Part shown: positions 59,708 through 64,000 of the stretch, one piece after another
Position numbering within the stretch: position 1 is the stretch's first letter
Layout: each line of letters begins with the position of its first letter
From: Nitrospinales bacterium
Lineage (GTDB): Bacteria > Nitrospinota > Nitrospinia > Nitrospinales > VA-1
Reading direction: 5' to 3'
Length of the DNA: 64,000 nt
Assembly (NCBI GenBank): GCA_965223795.1
Contig: CBDCXL010000002.1
Span: 160,001-224,000 of the forward strand
Made by a program: the position numbers and the translations under genes
The notes under the pieces: generated by a model
What the model was told of the DNA's origin: nothing
Database searches by the model: none
The model's input: the letters and a program-made list of their open reading frames with translations, nothing else

Positions 59708-60611
59708 TGATCTTTTCCTGGCCTTTGGATTCGATTTTCTTTTTCACCGGAATGAAATGCTCTTCCTGGATGTCCTCAATGGCGCTGTACCCGAACCCTT
59801 TGAGAATTTCCAAAACCTCGATTTCTGTTATCTGAAAATCGGCGATGATGTTGCGGAGTTTGTCCATGTGGCCGTCGGGTATCGTGCCGGCCGCTTTCTG
59901 CTGAGGTTTTTTCGTCTGAGTGTTCTTTTCGGTGTGCTTTTTCTCCTGGGGTTTTTTCATTTCCGGCCGATCGCGTTCTTTATCCCGCTCGTCGCCGAAA
60001 TCGCCCTCTTGCGTGAAGATATCCGAAGCCCCGGTAACGCGACGCATCACGGCGACGAATCCGCGTTTCTGTGCCATGAACAGGATGGTGTTTCTCAAAT
60101 CCTCGGGATCGCGCAGGACTTGCTTGACCTTGAACGGCTGCCCCGGCTTGCCGTTTTTCCATTTGCCCTTAAACCACTTTTCCCTGCGCCGGGTTTCCGT
60201 GGTCTCTTCCCATTCCTGATCGCAAACCGCCTTGCGCCATTTGTACTTTTCCTCGAAGGAAGAGCACTCCGCATAGGAAGATCCCAGCTCCGCGCCCTGG
60301 CTGCTCTCCGCGAGCATGCAGACCCGGAAACGGATTTCATCACCAGCAGACAGGTCCTCGATCTCGAACGGTTTCACAAAAACGCCGAACAGCACACCGA
60401 GTTTTTCCGCACCCGGTTGCCACAGCGACGGCTTGTCGCAACCGGGGATCTCGCCATAGTCCACGTCTTTTTTCATTTTCTCTTTCATCAAAGCGGATAT
60501 CAGATTCAACCTTTCCGAAAGAACGTCCATCGCGTTTTTTTCCGGAACTGAGATCAAGGCTCCGATTTGGGTTTCTCCGAGTTTCAATGTGGTCGATTCA
60601 TTCATCGTCAT
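59697..60611 (-). CDS. Putative single-strand annealing/recombination protein
   Basis: DYG.IPG..KPSL..PGAEKL and NT...MAQKR..V motifs; adjacent to the exonuclease. Confidence 0.6.
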   Translation of the reverse strand: MTMNESTTLKLGETQIGALISVPEKNAMDVLSERLNLISALMKEKMKKDVDYGEIPGCDKPSLWQPGAEKLGVLFGVFVKPFEIEDLSAGDEIRFRVCMLAESSQGAELGSSYAECSSFEEKYKWRKAVCDQEWEETTETRRREKWFKGKWKNGKPGQPFKVKQVLRDPEDLRNTILFMAQKRGFVAVMRRVTGASDIFTQEGDFGDERDKERDRPEMKKPQEKKHTEKNTQTKKPQQKAAGTIPDGHMDKLRNIIADFQITEIEVLEILKGFGYSAIEDIQEEHFIPVKKKIESKGQEKINAA

Positions 60612-60952
60612 TCTCCTTGTGGATCGTCCATGTGACCGGTGACGGGAACCGGCTTTCTGTTCGTTTTGGTTTCCAGAATCTGCTCATAACCCTTTTCAGG
60701 AATTTCCCCCTGGCACTCCTGGTCATTGAAAACCGACCAGTCGCCATAAAAAATGCCATCGTAAAAAATCATGTCATCGTGGATGGGTAGATCGATTCCG
60801 TCATCGCCACCAACCGGACAAGCGCGGATGTGATTCTTGTATGTGGTATGAACCCATTTCAAGGGACCGAGAACCGGACCGCTGGTCCCCCAGTCACTCA
60901 TTTCCTGGTCCGGGTCTTTGCGGCCATGAAATAAATGAAGAAACATTGCCAT
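60608..60952 (-). CDS. Hypothetical phage protein
   Basis: LFHGR..P...M.DWG..GP..GP...VH.TY...YGDWSV; ATGA overlap downstream. Confidence 0.65.
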   Translation of the reverse strand: MAMFLHLFHGRKDPDQEMSDWGTSGPVLGPLKWVHTTYKNHIRACPVGGDDGIDLPIHDDMIFYDGIFYGDWSVFNDQECQGEIPEKGYEQILETKTNRKPVPVTGHMDDPQGE

Positions 60953-61106
60953 TGATATTCCCCAAAGGGAGGGCGGTCCCCAGCGGCGGGCATGTTACCG
61001 CTGGGGACCTGGGAGGCTCGGGCTGGAGCTCATCAAGCCCGTGCGGGATTCGGCTCAATAAACCAATCGGAGGGACTCGTTCGAATCCCCCCTGTTGGGT
61101 CATCGA

Positions 61107-61469
61107 TCAAAATTGAATTCCCATTTCACGCATTCTGGCTTCGTGAGCCAGTTCGCGCCGATACTCCGCGGCCTGCTGTTCTGCCCTTTTCACGCACTTT
61201 TCCAAACCTGGGTCCATGCGTGAATAATCGGGAACTTTTACGACTCGTTGCCCTTTGCATTCATAGCAGGCAACGTCATACACGCCTGAAAGGTAGTCCT
61301 CCATAAAATCGGGGTCCTCGTGAAAATCCTCTGCGGGAATTCCGTTCCCGTCGATGCTCGGATTTGTGTGCTTTCCCCTGCCTTCGCATCGGTCGCAGAC
61401 TTCAAACTTAGCGGGAACTTCCGTCTCTTCGTCTGTTTCTGGATCGAGCATCATTTTCATAGTTTCCAT
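61107..61469 (-). CDS. Phage protein with split CxxCxG zinc-finger motifs
   Basis: CDRCEGRG and CYECKG; GGAGG SD. Confidence 0.65.
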   Translation of the reverse strand: METMKMMLDPETDEETEVPAKFEVCDRCEGRGKHTNPSIDGNGIPAEDFHEDPDFMEDYLSGVYDVACYECKGQRVVKVPDYSRMDPGLEKCVKRAEQQAAEYRRELAHEARMREMGIQF

Positions 61470-61638
61470 TTCCCTGCCCTCCCGATTCATGCACTTCGTT
61501 TTAAAATCGGCGCTGTGGGAATCCGGCCCTCGAACTCGCTTGAATGTGAAAATTCAAAAGCGTATAATCGCGACCGTTCCCATTTTTCGGATCTCTGCGC
61601 CATCGGTGCGCCTCGTTTCGGTGTGTCGATATGGCGAG

Positions 61639-61682
61639 AATATAAAAACCCAAGTAAACATAGTCAACATTTTTGTTTACTT
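61639..61682 (-). promoter_or_regulatory. Leftward early promoter overlapped by a palindromic operator
   Basis: Minus strand TTGACT, 17-nt spacer, TATATT; inverted repeat AAGTAAACA-N13-TGTTTACTT (61652-61682) spans the -35 element. Confidence 0.65.
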
Positions 61683-61723
61683 ATTTTCAACGTTCTTTTT
61701 AAGAATCTGAAATATTTATCCTT

Positions 61724-62224
61724 ATGGCGAAGGATTTTGACACTGAAACCTATGAATTCGATGCCGTCTGGGAAGGGATGTGTCGGCTGGTCAAAAAATA
61801 TGAGCCTTTACTGCAAGGTAGGGAAATAAAGTTCACCCAAAAGCTACTTGGAGATTGTGTAGGTGTGGGGCGCTCTTCAGTTACTAAGCAAAAACGGTTA
61901 AGGAAAATTCCCCTGAATTGGTTTGAGGAATTAGCGCAAAGATACAAAAAATTTGGAGTGAAAAAATCGCAGATTGAAGAAGGTTGGCAAGAATCCGTAG
62001 AAGCTCAATACCTGATCAAAGAGGAATCTGAAACTTACGGAGGCAACCAAATGTCAACGGAACTTCGTGAAATTTACAAAGAGATCGGAGCGTTGAAGCA
62101 GCAGAACAGCGATATCAAAAATCAAAACAACGAGATTATTGAAAAGCTGCAAAAATTAGAATCTCTACTTTCCGTTGAAGGCAAAGCATTGGGAAAAGCC
62201 CAAGGGTCTGGCGGGGCGTCCTGA
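61724..62224 (+). CDS. CI-like phage repressor (HTH plus coiled coil)
   Basis: TQKLLGDCVGVGRSSVTKQKRLRKIPLNW resembles the 186-type CI HTH; divergent from the early operon; no peptidase S24 motif seen. Confidence 0.65.
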   Translation: MAKDFDTETYEFDAVWEGMCRLVKKYEPLLQGREIKFTQKLLGDCVGVGRSSVTKQKRLRKIPLNWFEELAQRYKKFGVKKSQIEEGWQESVEAQYLIKEESETYGGNQMSTELREIYKEIGALKQQNSDIKNQNNEIIEKLQKLESLLSVEGKALGKAQGSGGAS

Positions 62225-62463
62225 TCCCACCGGACCGCAAAAAAAAAGAGGAAGAGGAAAAAGAGGGCAGCGGCAATTCAAAAATTGTCTGCCTGCGCTG
62301 CGGCAAAAATTTTCAAATGAACGGACCGGATATAAAAAAATTTTAACGGTAATTTATACCGTTAAAACTGCCAACAATTTTGTAGGAAAATTCTGAATTG
62401 CTTCGGAGATTCGAACTGTGGTATAGGGATGGCGAATACCCACAAACATTTCATGAGGTCGCA

Positions 62464-63750
62464 ATGAATTCGGAAAAGTTTTTTTCTGAATTGGAGCGCC
62501 TGAAAAAGTCGGATGATTTTGACGGCATCATAAAGCTCTGCCCTAAATTCTTCCCCGAATATTCGGCTTTCAATGCAATGCAAGTCGCCATTAGAAAAAA
62601 AATCCGATCTCTCAGGAAATCAAAACAATCTTACGATCGGGAATTGAAACAGCTGTATTCGATTTGCATTTATGAGCATGTTGTGTGCCAGTGGTCAGAG
62701 GAAGACGACTACGATATTGGCCCTATTCAGGCCGACATCGCACACAAAGCCAGGATGTATAAAAATCTGGATTACGATTACAAGAAAATCGGTTATGAGG
62801 AATTGGACACCCTCAATAAAACCGACGTCAAATGGCTAAAAGATATTTGGGGTGAACCTGAAAGCCACCACGACCCAAGGGAAAAACACGCAAAGGAATG
62901 GGATCGATACTCTGCAGAAGCGAAAAAACTCTTCGAGAAAAAGCAGACGGATGAACACAAGCATGAATTTTTTGAAGAATTGTTATCCATCGAAGAGGAT
63001 TTAAAAGATCGATTGAAGGACATCAGGAATGACTACAAAAGCGAATTGAGATCCCTCGGGAAAACCCCATCAAAAGGAGATTTGAAAAGATTAAAATACT
63101 GGACTCGGGAAGAAATTTTAGATGTCAAAAAAGAATTCATCTCAGATATCAAATCGCATGAAAAAGAATATAACAATAATTTCAAATCAAACACCAGCTT
63201 TGAGAAATTCTTCAATCCCATCTTTTTTGACATCGATTTTAAGTCTGATCAACCAACAGAAAAACCTGATTCAGACTACGCGGATTACGACAGAGAAAGA
63301 GACGGATCTGGATTTTTCGGCTGGTTCATCATTTTGGGAATTGTCGGAATTCTTCTTTTCCTGCTTTTGAACGGGTGTGCATCAACTCCGCCGGGGCAAT
63401 TCAAAAAAGAGGAATTGATTTGGGAGGAAAAAATCATTCAATCGAATTATCAAAAAGTTTATCGAGATTTAAAATCAGGTTTCAATAAATGCTTAAGTCC
63501 GACCGGCTGGACAGTTGAAAGTGATCTTTATTCGGACATCAAAGAAGGTGAATTTAATACGACGATAAATAATTATTTCGGACCTCAAACATTTTTAGGA
63601 ACTGTTCGGATAAATTCAGCTGGAGAGAATTTAACAAAAGTTCGGGCGGGAATAGCTCGTTGGCATGAATCTCATTTACTTGCGGACGGCGGACCTGAAC
63701 ATAGAAAAAGATGGCTCAAATGGGCTTCCGGAAATCCAGACTGCGCCTGA
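62464..63750 (+). CDS. AT-rich prophage cargo protein: cytoplasmic domain, TM segment, exported domain
   Basis: Long ORF with low GC; TM FFGWFIILGIVGILLFLLL followed by NGC. Confidence 0.7.
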   Translation: MNSEKFFSELERLKKSDDFDGIIKLCPKFFPEYSAFNAMQVAIRKKIRSLRKSKQSYDRELKQLYSICIYEHVVCQWSEEDDYDIGPIQADIAHKARMYKNLDYDYKKIGYEELDTLNKTDVKWLKDIWGEPESHHDPREKHAKEWDRYSAEAKKLFEKKQTDEHKHEFFEELLSIEEDLKDRLKDIRNDYKSELRSLGKTPSKGDLKRLKYWTREEILDVKKEFISDIKSHEKEYNNNFKSNTSFEKFFNPIFFDIDFKSDQPTEKPDSDYADYDRERDGSGFFGWFIILGIVGILLFLLLNGCASTPPGQFKKEELIWEEKIIQSNYQKVYRDLKSGFNKCLSPTGWTVESDLYSDIKEGEFNTTINNYFGPQTFLGTVRINSAGENLTKVRAGIARWHESHLLADGGPEHRKRWLKWASGNPDCA

Positions 63751-63843
63751 AATTTACAATCTATTTTTTAAACCAAATTCCCTGACAACCAACTTTAAGA
63801 AAACCTCAAGCATTGCCTTAACTCATTGAAATACCGATAGTTA

Positions 63844-63859
63844 CGTTTCACATGAAACA
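63844..63859. promoter_or_regulatory. parS-like palindrome
   Basis: CGTTTCACATGAAACA matches the consensus TGTTTCACGTGAAACA at 14 of 16 positions; intergenic. Confidence 0.55.
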
Positions 63860-63869
63860 AGGTTACAAT

Positions 63870-64000
63870 CTATTTCTCGATTTCCAAAACAGCGGCGACG
63901 CTGTTCATGATCCCGCCCAGCTTCCTGGCATCGTTCAATCCGTTCACGTCGAATTGGGCTTGTGTCGCCGATCCCGCGTGCGCGAAATACAACCCGAATT
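63870..64000 (-). CDS. 3' end of a gene entering from the right, possibly tail-fibre-associated
   Basis: Open frame ...QFDVNGLNDARKLGGIMNSVAAVLEIEK-stop; only about 42 codons visible. Confidence 0.4.
   Translation of the reverse strand, partial: FGLYFAHAGSATQAQFDVNGLNDARKLGGIMNSVAAVLEIEK

Larger units (their letters stand above)
54654..64000. mobile_element. Prophage (left part) integrated at the 3' end of tRNA-Pro; continues beyond the window
   Basis: Integrase converging on the tRNA, excisionase, phage recombination genes, CI-like repressor, drop in GC content. Confidence 0.88.

Noticed and set aside
61019..61045. Hammerhead-like UGAUGAG on the minus strand within the cloverleaf element
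   Set aside because: Preceded by U rather than C, and there is no downstream GAAA core or compatible stems.
61070..61099. tRNA T-loop-like GTTCGAATCC on the plus strand
   Set aside because: The flanks (ACTCG/CCCCC) do not form a T-stem, and no acceptor/anticodon geometry or CCA is present.
57125..61469. Split DnaJ (J-domain gene plus CxxCxGxG gene) in the prophage
   Set aside because: The genes are about 3.4 kb apart and such zinc-finger motifs are common in small phage proteins; no evidence of partnership.
62200..62346. Short alternate frame ending ...KIVCLRCGKNFQ... after the repressor (possible zinc ribbon or frameshift product)
   Set aside because: No credible start codon or SD and only one CxxC; cannot be supported.

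Overview
GC-rich Gram-negative (diderm) bacterial chromosome segment. The gene content is reminiscent of Nitrospinota/deltaproteobacteria-like organisms, but that is an unverified impression. From left to right: (1) the 3' end of a very acidic repeat protein and a MinD/FlhG-like ATPase; (2) a ten-gene minus-strand surface-glycan cluster (radical SAM/SPASM, DegT aminotransferase, AsnB, FemAB-like GNAT, acetyltransferase, beta-propeller glycosidase-like protein, two glycosyltransferases, Wzx flippase, epimerase); (3) two cobalamin-riboswitch-led operons for corrinoid uptake and late B12 synthesis: btuF-btuD-btuC-cobQ-cobS-[cobU::bluB fusion]-cobD-cbiB, and btuB-cbiA-giant tonB-DxDxDG-repeat protein-cytochrome c-cobT-7-repeat beta-propeller; (4) housekeeping genes (dapL, folK, thiI, cysteine desulfurase, ubiX, tmk), a heme-c/PAS chemoreceptor and a J-domain protein; (5) a metal-uptake operon led by a His/CxxC/RSPP putative arrest peptide and lacking an ATPase gene; (6) two paralogous small lipoproteins, a B12-radical SAM enzyme and a cupin; (7) tRNA-Pro(GGG) followed by the left end of a prophage (integrase, excisionase, recombination genes, CI-like repressor, AT-rich cargo gene). 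The most unusual signals are several strongly structured intergenic RNAs in the prophage early operon, a parS-like site in the prophage, a prophage layout that appears permuted, uncharacterised exported proteins coupled into the B12 regulon, the CobU-BluB fusion and the CruR-like leader peptide. All calls come from reading motifs by eye; no database searches were run.
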